From positions 2,496,001 through 2,560,000 of the forward strand of contig OY970178.1 in NCBI GenBank assembly GCA_963707915.1: 64,000 nucleotides of DNA. Direction: 5' to 3'. Numbering within the stretch: the stretch's first letter is position 1; every line of letters begins with the position of its first letter. The notes beneath the pieces were generated by a model. The model was not told the origin of the DNA and did no database searches. It was given only the letters and a program-made list of their open reading frames with translations. This stretch comes from Candidatus Eiseniibacteriota bacterium (GTDB lineage Bacteria; Eisenbacteria; RBG-16-71-46). Shown in pieces: positions 46,682 to 55,149 of the stretch. The translations under genes were made by a program, and so were the position numbers.

Positions 46682-48040
46682 CTACTCGATCACCAGCTCC
46701 CGCCGTTCCCAGTCGATCGTCACGCGCCGTCCACCCAGGAGGTCGCTCGAGAGCAGCCCATCGCGCCGCACGCCGTACCGCCAGAGCTCGGCCGGGTCGA
46801 GCGCGCCGGACCAGCCGTTCACCTTGTCCTTCACGAACGGGCCCATGGCGACGGTGGCCACCTGCACGCTGGCCCACGACTGGCCCTGCAGGCGGGCGCC
46901 GGCCAGCCGGACCACGCGCGCGATCGTCCCGGGCCGCGCGCCGACCTCCTCGAAGACCTCGGGCGGCGCGCCCACGCCGCAGCCCGGCATGCCGGTCTGC
47001 AGCATCATGGCCATGCGGCGGCCGCCGTTGAGCGAGGCGTGGACCGTGAGCTCGCGCTCCCCCCGCAGCTCGAAGGGGACGCGGAGCGCGGCGGCGCCAG
47101 CGGTGACGGCCGTGCCCGCGGGCCGCAGGACGAGCGCGCACTTGCGGTAGTCCAGGGTGGGGGAGAAGCGCGCGAGCAGGTTGAGCCCGATCACCCCCGC
47201 GACGCGCTCGCCACCGGGGTTGGCCTCCAGGCTCCAGCGCCGCAGCGACGTGGCGGCGGCGGGGACGCGCTCGATCCGCACGCCGCCGAGGTCGAGGCGA
47301 TCGACCAGCGCGACGCGCGCGGCGGCGCGCGTGCCGTTCCACAGCACGGGCAGCTGCTCGGGCATGAGGGTCACCCCGCAGCGCCGCGCCTCCGAGGGGT
47401 CGAGGACCATGTCGGCCAGACCGGTGTCGATGGCGAGCAGGACGTTCTGGCCATTGAGCTTCGCCTTCACGATCGGCACGGGCCAGCAGCGGATCCAGGA
47501 GAGCTGGACCGGCCCGCTCCCCGTGATCCTCCAGGCGCCTTCGGGCTCGGCGAGCCGGCGCAGCAGCGCCGCGCGCCCGGACTGTCCCGCGGCCTCGGCG
47601 AGCGTGGCGGCCGCCTCCCAGCGGCCCAGGCGGAGGGTGGCCGCGAGCAGGTCCTCGGCGGCGCCATCCACCCGTCCCGCGACCGGCGCGAGCAGGCTCT
47701 CGGCGAGCGCGGGCGAGCCCTGGAACAGGGCGATCTTGCCGAGCCCGGCCGACGCGAGCTCGTCGCCGGGCGCGAGGGCGCGGACCTGAGCGAACAACCG
47801 CCCGGCCTCGTCGAGGTCGCCGAGCCGGAGGTGGGCCACCGCCAGGGAGTCCAGGCGCTGCGCCGTGAGCGGACGGCCCGCCGTGTCGCGCACGGCGAGC
47901 CGCAGCGCCAGCTGGGCCTCGCGGAACGAGGGGTCGGGCTGGAGCCAGTCGGCGGCAGCGGGCGCGGGCAGCCCGCAGGCCAGCAGCAGCGCGAGCCGGG
48001 TGAGGACCGGGGCGAGGGTGAGGATGGGATTGCGCATCAT
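46682..48040 (-). CDS. Secreted TPR plus tandem retropepsin-like aspartyl protease domains
   Basis: Signal peptide; TPR; first lobe LAIDTG...GVIGLNLL; second lobe MMLQTG...DGLLSSDLL. Confidence 0.78.
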   Translation of the reverse strand: MMRNPILTLAPVLTRLALLLACGLPAPAAADWLQPDPSFREAQLALRLAVRDTAGRPLTAQRLDSLAVAHLRLGDLDEAGRLFAQVRALAPGDELASAGLGKIALFQGSPALAESLLAPVAGRVDGAAEDLLAATLRLGRWEAAATLAEAAGQSGRAALLRRLAEPEGAWRITGSGPVQLSWIRCWPVPIVKAKLNGQNVLLAIDTGLADMVLDPSEARRCGVTLMPEQLPVLWNGTRAAARVALVDRLDLGGVRIERVPAAATSLRRWSLEANPGGERVAGVIGLNLLARFSPTLDYRKCALVLRPAGTAVTAGAAALRVPFELRGERELTVHASLNGGRRMAMMLQTGMPGCGVGAPPEVFEEVGARPGTIARVVRLAGARLQGQSWASVQVATVAMGPFVKDKVNGWSGALDPAELWRYGVRRDGLLSSDLLGGRRVTIDWERRELVIE

Positions 48041-49215
48041 GCCTCCAGGTAGCGGCGGGCCACGCGCAGCAGCACCTCCGCGCCGATCGCGATGCAGCCT
48101 TCGTCCACGTCGAAACGCGGGTGGTGATGTGCCCGGGTCAGGCCCTTCTGCTCGTTGCGTGAGCCGATCGCGAGGAACGCGCCCGGCACCTCGTGCAGGA
48201 AGGCCGAGAAGTCCTCGCCCCCCATGGTCCTCAGGTTCGTCACCACGTTCTCGCGGCCGACGACCTCGGCCGCGGCCTCGTGGGCCAGCTCGGCCATCGC
48301 GGGATCGTTCACGACCGGCTGGTTGTAGCGCGTGTAGACGACCTCGGCGGTGCAGCCCAGCGCCGCGGCCACGCCGCGCACGATACGCTCGAAGCGCCCC
48401 GGCAGCTCCTGCCACAAGGCGCGGTCGAAGGTGCGAACGGTGCCGTTCATCCACGCGCTCTCGGGGATGATGTTGAAGCTCGTGCCGGCGTGCACCTGGG
48501 TCACGCTCACCACCACCTCGAGCAGCGGGTCGGTGGCCCGGCTCGCGATGGTCTGCAGGGCGGTGACGGCGTGGGCCAGCGCCACCACGGGGTCGACGCC
48601 CTGGTGGGGCGCGGCGGCGTGCGTGCCGCGGCCGGTGACGGTCACGGTGAATTCGTCCACCGAGGCCATCCAGCCGCCGCGCGAGACGCCGACCTTGCCG
48701 ACCGCGAGGTCCTGCCAGACGTGCACGCCGAAGGCCGCGTCCACCGCCGGGTCCCGCAGCACGCCGTCCGCGATCATGCCGGCCGCGCCGCCGCCCCGTT
48801 CCTCGGCGGGCTGGAAGCAGAGCTTCACCGTGCCCGGCAGCGACGGCGACTGCCGCGCCAGTTGCTTCGCGACGCCGAGCAGTCCCGCGACGTGGCAGTC
48901 GTGGCCGCAGGCGTGCATCCGCCCGTCGGTCCGCGAGCGGTAGGGGACGTCGTTCTCCTCCTGCAGGGGCAGGGCGTCCATGTCGGCGCGCAACAGGACC
49001 GTCCGTCCGGGGCGTCCGCCGGCGACGGTGGCGACCACGCCGGTGCGGCCCACCCCGGTGCGCGGCTCGAGGCCCAGCGCGCGGAGCCGGTCGGCGACGA
49101 GCGCCGCGGTGCGCACCTCCTCGAAGGCGGTCTCGGGGTGGGCGTGCAGGTCGCGACGGATCTCGACCAGCTCCTGGACGTCGGCGGCGCCGAGGATGCG
49201 GCTCGGTGCGCTCAT
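48037..49215 (-). CDS. M20 family amidohydrolase
   Basis: RRDLHAHPE, LRADMDALP, MHACGHD, FQPAEE, GEDFS, HHHPRF. Confidence 0.93.
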   Translation of the reverse strand: MSAPSRILGAADVQELVEIRRDLHAHPETAFEEVRTAALVADRLRALGLEPRTGVGRTGVVATVAGGRPGRTVLLRADMDALPLQEENDVPYRSRTDGRMHACGHDCHVAGLLGVAKQLARQSPSLPGTVKLCFQPAEERGGGAAGMIADGVLRDPAVDAAFGVHVWQDLAVGKVGVSRGGWMASVDEFTVTVTGRGTHAAAPHQGVDPVVALAHAVTALQTIASRATDPLLEVVVSVTQVHAGTSFNIIPESAWMNGTVRTFDRALWQELPGRFERIVRGVAAALGCTAEVVYTRYNQPVVNDPAMAELAHEAAAEVVGRENVVTNLRTMGGEDFSAFLHEVPGAFLAIGSRNEQKGLTRAHHHPRFDVDEGCIAIGAEVLLRVARRYLEA

Positions 49216-49378
49216 GGGGGTCCCCTCCGTGGGCCGCGCGCTCCGGGGGTGGACCGCGCGGGCTCGCGTGCGGATTGCATCCTAGCGCCGCGACCGCGCG
49301 GACCGCCACCGCGAACCGGAACGCGGGCGGGCCGGGGAAGCCGCTCCCCGGCCCGCATGATGCGCCGCCCGCGGCGGA

Positions 49379-50887
49379 CTACGGCTTGGCCGTCGTGTCC
49401 GCGGGGGCCGTCTCGCCCACCTTGAGCAGGCGCCGGCGCTCGACTTCCTTCTGCAGCACTTCCTTGTTGAGCACCGTGAACTCGACCCGGCGGTTCTGCG
49501 CCTTGTTCTGGTCGCTGGTGTTCGGCACCAGCGGCCGCTCCTTGCCGTAGCCCTTCACGGTGAACCGCGTGCTGTCGATCGCCGCGTACTTGCCCTTCAT
49601 GTACGACAGGACCGATTCCGCCCGCGCCAGCGAGAGCTTCTTGTTCAGCGCCCGGCCGCCGACGTTGTCGGTGTGTCCGCCGACCTCGATCTTGAGCTGC
49701 GGCCACTGGGTCAGCAGCGTCCCGACGATGTCGAGGGGCTGGAAGGACTCCGGCTTCAGCGTGGCCTTGCCAGTGTCGAACTGGATGTTCTGGAGCCGGA
49801 TCTTGCCGGTGTCCATCAGCTCGGTCTCGCGCTCGACCAGCTCGATCACGCAGCCCACGCTGTCCACCTTGAGGCCGGCCGGCGTGTCCGGGCACTGGTC
49901 GATGCCGTCGCAGACGCCGTCGCCGTCGGCGTCGCTCGGGCAGCCCTTCGCGTCCACCGTGCAGCCCTTGGGCGTGCCGGGGCACTGGTCGACGCCGTCG
50001 CAGACGCCGTCGCCGTCGGAGTCGCTGGGGCAGCCCTTCGCGTCCACGGTGCAGCCCTTGGGCGTGTCGGCGCACTGGTCGACGCCGTCGCAGACGCCGT
50101 CGCCGTCCGCGTCCGAGGGGCAGCCCTTCGCGTCCACGGTGCAGCCCTTGGGCGTGTCGGGGCACTGGTCGATGCCGTCCAGCACGCCGTCGCCGTCGGT
50201 GTCGCTGGGGCAGCCCTTCGCGTCCACGGTCGCGCCCCGGGGCGTGTCGGGACACTTGTCGCGGCTGTCGGGCACGCCGTCACCGTCGGTGTCGCGGCCC
50301 TTCGCGCCGATGGCGAACGTCACGCCGGCGCTCAGCGTGAAATAGTTCGTGCTGGTCGCGCCGCTGCCCTGCTTGGTCAGCCAGCGCGCCTCGCGCGCCT
50401 CGAGCCTCAGGCCGACGCCGTCGCTCAGCCACAGCCGCAGGCCGCCGCCGCCCTCGACCAGGCCCTGGTTGGTGTGGATCGCGTCTTCCACCGGCGCGGT
50501 CCCCCGGTTCGCGCTCAGGCGGCCGGCGCCCCCGCCGAGGAAGAAGTAGGGACCGCCGATGCGGCTGGTCCAGGGGGTGATCATGGCATTGGCGCTGGCG
50601 TGGAGGAACGTGACGGCCAGGCCGTCCCGGACATCCTCCTGGGTGGGCGTGGCGCCGCCCGCCAACTCCAGCGCCCACAGCGGACCGAACTGGTAGCCCA
50701 AGCGGGCGCCGACGTAGGGCTTGTCCGTCAGGGGGTTCCCCGCGGGCCAGTGGAAGCCGCCGTCAAAGGTCGTGAACCCGCCCATGGGGGCCAAGTAGGG
50801 GTAACGCCCGACGGGGTCTGCCTTGGCTGCCTGCGCCGCGAGCAGGGCGACGGCGGCCAGCAGTACGGGCCAGAGACGCGCGCGCAT
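49379..50887 (-). CDS. OmpA/OprF-family protein: beta-barrel, TSP3 Ca-binding repeats, peptidoglycan-binding domain
   Basis: Signal peptide; DxDGDGV repeats; IQFDTGKA, GHTDNVG, NRRVEF. Confidence 0.92.
   Translation of the reverse strand: MRARLWPVLLAAVALLAAQAAKADPVGRYPYLAPMGGFTTFDGGFHWPAGNPLTDKPYVGARLGYQFGPLWALELAGGATPTQEDVRDGLAVTFLHASANAMITPWTSRIGGPYFFLGGGAGRLSANRGTAPVEDAIHTNQGLVEGGGGLRLWLSDGVGLRLEAREARWLTKQGSGATSTNYFTLSAGVTFAIGAKGRDTDGDGVPDSRDKCPDTPRGATVDAKGCPSDTDGDGVLDGIDQCPDTPKGCTVDAKGCPSDADGDGVCDGVDQCADTPKGCTVDAKGCPSDSDGDGVCDGVDQCPGTPKGCTVDAKGCPSDADGDGVCDGIDQCPDTPAGLKVDSVGCVIELVERETELMDTGKIRLQNIQFDTGKATLKPESFQPLDIVGTLLTQWPQLKIEVGGHTDNVGGRALNKKLSLARAESVLSYMKGKYAAIDSTRFTVKGYGKERPLVPNTSDQNKAQNRRVEFTVLNKEVLQKEVERRRLLKVGETAPADTTAKP
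49880..50295 (-). repeat. About 4.5 tandem 90-bp coding repeats (30-aa TSP3-like units)
   Basis: GGGCAGCCCTTCGCGTCCAC recurs at 49938, 50028, 50118 and 50208. Confidence 0.9.
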
Positions 50888-51058
50888 CGAATTCTCCTTG
50901 GGGTGAAAGGGCCGCCCGGGGCGCGGTGGCTCCGCGCCCGGGCGTCTACAGACTGGGCGACGATACCGACCGGGATGCGCTCTGGCAAGCACGCCGGACC
51001 GGGTCGCGGGCGAGGGTGCGGTGCGGCCCGCGCCCGCTCGGGGCGCCGGTCCGCCCGG

Positions 51059-52366
51059 TCAGAACGTCGTCTGCAGCGACAGGAAGCCCTTGTCGTGGTG
51101 ATGCCAGACCTCGTAGGGCTCCGGGTCGAGCTCGATGCCCTCGACGCCGCACACGGAAACCCGGCCGAAGCGCGCCGCCAGGCCGAAATACGCGCGCGAC
51201 TCGATGCGGGTGCCCTGGGCGGGGTGGCCGGGCTCGACGGGCCCGGCGACGCTCACGCGATCGAACAGGCCTCCCAGCCGGACGGCGAGATCCGCCCGGG
51301 CCGTCCAGCGCGCCTCCAGCTGGAGGGTCCGGTCGATCGCGTGAAAGGGAGCGTCGGCGAGCGGCGGGGCGACGTTCTGCGCGCGGTCCAGGTAGAGCCA
51401 GCGGCTCTCGACCTCGAGGCCCGGTCCCGCGGCCCGGCGCGCCGCCAGTTCGACCCGCCAGAGCCGGCGCCACCGGCGCGCGTCCCCGGTGGAAAGGTCG
51501 AGGGGCTGGTCGGTGCTGCTGGCCTGCCGGTTCTCGGTGCACAGCGTCCACGTCGTGCCCAGCGCGCGCGCCCCGAGCTCGGCGGATCCCCAGGTGCCCC
51601 ACAGCGTCTGCTCGTGGCCCGGCCCCGGGCCGCCGGTGGGGTCCACGCGCCGGCGGGCGAGCGTGAGCCAGCGGCCCTCGGTCTCCAGGTGCCAGCGCGG
51701 CCGACGCAGCGCGGCCTTGAAGGCGGGCTCCCACGGATGCCGGTCGTACGGGGAGCTGCTCTCGCCCACCCGCGTCTGGCGCCAGACCCACAGGTTGTTG
51801 AAGAGGTCCTCGAACCCGTAGACCAGCCTCAGCTGGTTGCGCGTGGTGTCGGCGCCCAGCTCCCAGGTGAGCGCGAAGTCCTGCCGCGACTTGTCGTAGT
51901 AGGGCCGGAACATCACCCCCAGCGTGCCGAGACGCTGCGGGAACAGGAACCACAACTCGAGGTTCTCGTACGAGAGCAGGTCGCTCTGGACCTCGTCGAG
52001 CCGCAGGCCGAAGCGCGCGCGGCGGCCGAGCGGGGATGCGAGCTTGAGCTGGTGGTTCGTGTACCACTGCCCCGAGGTGAAGCATCCCTGCGAGGTGCGG
52101 AAGGCCTGCGGCGCCCGTTCCCACTCCTCGCGCCACCCGGCCGGCGGGCGCGCGAGCAGGTGGTCGATGGTGCTCTCGTCGTCCTCCTCGGGCCGCTCGA
52201 CGTCGAAGCTGGAGAACTCCTCGGTCGAGCCGCGTGCCGGGGTGGCTCGGGCGGCGGGCAGCAGGGCCAGCGCGAACAAGAGCGCGAGCCGGGCCCGGGC
52301 GCCGCTGGTGCGGAACGCCGCGCCGGGGCGCCCGGCGCGCAACCGGCCGAGCGGCGATGCGTTCAA
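51059..52366 (-). CDS. Putative outer-membrane beta-barrel protein of unknown family
   Basis: GGAGGAGG RBS plus TTG; signal peptide; amphipathic strands; ends LSLQTTF. Confidence 0.65.
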   Translation of the reverse strand: MNASPLGRLRAGRPGAAFRTSGARARLALLFALALLPAARATPARGSTEEFSSFDVERPEEDDESTIDHLLARPPAGWREEWERAPQAFRTSQGCFTSGQWYTNHQLKLASPLGRRARFGLRLDEVQSDLLSYENLELWFLFPQRLGTLGVMFRPYYDKSRQDFALTWELGADTTRNQLRLVYGFEDLFNNLWVWRQTRVGESSSPYDRHPWEPAFKAALRRPRWHLETEGRWLTLARRRVDPTGGPGPGHEQTLWGTWGSAELGARALGTTWTLCTENRQASSTDQPLDLSTGDARRWRRLWRVELAARRAAGPGLEVESRWLYLDRAQNVAPPLADAPFHAIDRTLQLEARWTARADLAVRLGGLFDRVSVAGPVEPGHPAQGTRIESRAYFGLAARFGRVSVCGVEGIELDPEPYEVWHHHDKGFLSLQTTF

Positions 52367-52529
52367 GGTGCCCTCCTCCGCTCGGGTGTGCGCCGGTCCC
52401 GCGCCCGGGGCGCCGCACTCCACGCCGGGGACGGAGCATTGTATAGTCGGGACGACCGCGAGCGCCAAGGACTCCGCCTCCCCCGGGGCCCGGCCGGACC
52501 CGCGCTCCACCCTTCGAGGAACGCCGCCC

Positions 52530-55121
52530 ATGAACGCACGCTCTTCCGCTTCCCGCGCCGCGCTGCGCGCCTCCGGCATCGTGCTGGCCGCCGCGGCCGT
52601 CCTGCTGGCCGCTGCCTGGATCGCCCTCGCCGCGCTGCTCCCGCACGACCGGGTGCTCGCGCTGGTGCGCGCGCAGTTGACGGGCTCGCTGCGCCGCGAA
52701 GTCCGGCTCGCCGACGTGTCGGTGAGCCTGTGGCCGCCGGTGCGGCTCGCGGCCCGCGGATTCGAGCTGGCGGAACCGGGCGGCTTCGCCCGGGGCGCCG
52801 CGGTGAAGGTGGGTTCGCTCGACCTGGATCTCGACGTGCTCCCGCTGCTCTTCGGGCGGCTGGTGGTGCGCCGGCTCACGCTCGAGCAGCCGACGCTGCA
52901 CCTCGTGCTGCGGGCGGACGGGACCACGAACCTCGACGACCTCGTGGTCGCCGCGCCGCCCGCGGCCGGGCGGAAGGGCGCCGGCGCCCCGCTGGACCTC
53001 GCCGTGCGCTCGTTCGTCGTTCGCGGGGGCGAGCTGCTGCTCGACGACCTGGGTGCCGGGCGCCGGGTCTTCCTCGGCCTCGACACCCGGCTCTCGCTGT
53101 CCGCCGGGGACGGCGGGCGCGTCGCCACCCGGGGGCGGACGAAGCTCTCGAGGGTCGCGATCGGGCCGCTCGCGGCCCGCGGGCCCGCGGAGCTCGGGCA
53201 GTCGCTCGCGAAGCTGACCTGGACCATCGAGCACGCCGGCCGTTTCGACGGCGCCGCCAGGAGGCTCGAGCTCGAACGGCTCGCGCTCGTCTTCGGGCGG
53301 GCCCGGGTCACGCTCGCGGGCACGGTCGCGGATCCGGGCCCGCGGGCCGCGCTCGACCTGCGCGCGAAGGGCGAAGGCCTGGACCTGGGCGACCTCCTGG
53401 GCTACCTGGCCGCGGCCGATGCGCGCGCCCTCAACGGTGTCCGCGGCGGCGGGCGCGTGGCCTTCGACCTGCGCGTCGCCGGGCGCACCGGCCCCGGCGC
53501 GCTCCCCGCGCTCACCGGGATGCTGACCGTCACCGGGGGCTCGTTCCGCTACCCGGGTGCCCCGGCGGGCGTGGACGGGCTCGCCTTCACCGCGCGCTTC
53601 CTGCCCGACCAGGTCCGGGTGGACGACCTGCGCGCGCAGGTCGCCGGACAGCCGTTGCGCGCACAGTTCGCCGTGAGCCGCTTCGCCGACCCCGAGGCGC
53701 GCTTCGCACTCGAGGGCGGACTCGACCTGGCCGCGCTCTCCCAGCTGCTCGCCCCGAAGGACACCCGGCTCGCCGGCCGCGCGGAGCTGAGCGTGCGGGG
53801 CAGCGGGCGTCTCAAGGACCCGGGCGGCATCGCGCTGGACGGCCGCGCCACCCTCGCCAACGCGAGCCTCGAGAGCCCGGCGCTGCCGCGGAAGGCGGAG
53901 GCCATCTCGGCGCTGTTCCAGTTCTCGCCCGGCCGCGCCACGGTGCGCGGCCTCACGGCGCGCGCCGGGAAGTCCTCGTTCAGCCTCGACGCTTCGGTGA
54001 CGCGCCCGCTCGCGCTCCTGGGCAAGCCCGGCAAGGTCGAGCCGGCGGGGCTCACGTTCACGCTCAAGTCGCCCTACCTGGACCTGGCGGAGCTGCTGCC
54101 GCCGGGGCCCGGCGGTCCCATCGCGCTCAACGCCCGTGGGGGAGGCCGGGTGGAAATCGCTCGCCTGCGCAACCAGAAGCTCGACGTCGAGGACGTGGTC
54201 GCGAACGTGGCGGTCGAGCCCGGGGTCGTGGGCGTGCCGTCGTTCGCGCTGCGCGGCTACGGCGGCGCGGTGACCGGCAGCGCGCGCTTCGGCTTCCAGG
54301 ACCCGGCCAGCCCGAGCTTCGCGGTGAAGGGGCGCGCCGACACCGTGCGGGTGGAACGCTTCCTCGAGGCCTGGAGCCCGGCGCGCGGGATCGTGACCGG
54401 CGTGGCCAGCACGAACTTCGACCTCTCGGGAGACGGCGTGCGGCCGGAACAGCTGCAGCGCTCGCTCACCGCACTCGGCCTCGCGCTGGTGGCGGAGGGC
54501 CGCCTGGGTGGACCGGTGATGGACGCCATCGCCCAGGCCACGCGGTCCCCCGCCCTGCGCGACGTGCGCTTCCGCGACCTCCGGCTGCCCTTCCGGGTCG
54601 ATCGCGGCCGCGTGGTCACCGACTCGGTGCGCTTCGGCGGCGGCTCGGGCGAATGGCGGATCTCGGGGCTGGTGGGCTTCGACGGCGCGCTCGACTACGC
54701 GGTGAGCGCCACGCTGCCGCCCGGGATCATGGGGCGCGGCGGGGCGCAGAACGCGCTGGCGGCCGGGCTGCTGGGGGACGAGCACGGCCAGTTGCTGCTC
54801 GACCTGCGCGTGACCGGCACCGCGAAGGCCCCCCGGGTCGCGCTGAACGCGCAGGTCATGCGCGACCGGCTCGCCGGGAAGGCGTCGAACCTGCTGCGCG
54901 AGCAGCGCGCGAGGCTGGGCGAGACGCTGCTGCGATCCAGCGGGCTCGCGCCGCGCGACAGCGGCGCCGCGGACAGCGCGGGCCGGCGCGCCGCGCCGCT
55001 CGACACCAGGGCGCTCGGCCGGGAAGTGCAGAAGCAGGGCGAGGAGCTGTTCCGGGGTCTCTTCGGCGGGAAGAAGCGGCCGGCCCCGGCCGCCGCGCCG
55101 GCGGACACGACGGGAAGGTAG
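52530..55121 (+). CDS. AsmA-family (bridge-like lipid transfer) protein
   Basis: N-terminal TM helix; LPLLFGRLVVRRLTLEQP, DGTTNLDDL, YGGAVTGS, VTGTAKAPRV. Confidence 0.85.
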   Translation: MNARSSASRAALRASGIVLAAAAVLLAAAWIALAALLPHDRVLALVRAQLTGSLRREVRLADVSVSLWPPVRLAARGFELAEPGGFARGAAVKVGSLDLDLDVLPLLFGRLVVRRLTLEQPTLHLVLRADGTTNLDDLVVAAPPAAGRKGAGAPLDLAVRSFVVRGGELLLDDLGAGRRVFLGLDTRLSLSAGDGGRVATRGRTKLSRVAIGPLAARGPAELGQSLAKLTWTIEHAGRFDGAARRLELERLALVFGRARVTLAGTVADPGPRAALDLRAKGEGLDLGDLLGYLAAADARALNGVRGGGRVAFDLRVAGRTGPGALPALTGMLTVTGGSFRYPGAPAGVDGLAFTARFLPDQVRVDDLRAQVAGQPLRAQFAVSRFADPEARFALEGGLDLAALSQLLAPKDTRLAGRAELSVRGSGRLKDPGGIALDGRATLANASLESPALPRKAEAISALFQFSPGRATVRGLTARAGKSSFSLDASVTRPLALLGKPGKVEPAGLTFTLKSPYLDLAELLPPGPGGPIALNARGGGRVEIARLRNQKLDVEDVVANVAVEPGVVGVPSFALRGYGGAVTGSARFGFQDPASPSFAVKGRADTVRVERFLEAWSPARGIVTGVASTNFDLSGDGVRPEQLQRSLTALGLALVAEGRLGGPVMDAIAQATRSPALRDVRFRDLRLPFRVDRGRVVTDSVRFGGGSGEWRISGLVGFDGALDYAVSATLPPGIMGRGGAQNALAAGLLGDEHGQLLLDLRVTGTAKAPRVALNAQVMRDRLAGKASNLLREQRARLGETLLRSSGLAPRDSGAADSAGRRAAPLDTRALGREVQKQGEELFRGLFGGKKRPAPAAAPADTTGR

Positions 55122-55149
55122 CGGGCCGGCCCGTCGCGCCCGCCGGCCC

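Noticed and set aside
49880..50295. Regular repeats considered as a CRISPR array
   Set aside because: In-frame 90-bp coding repeats with no unique spacers and no cas genes.
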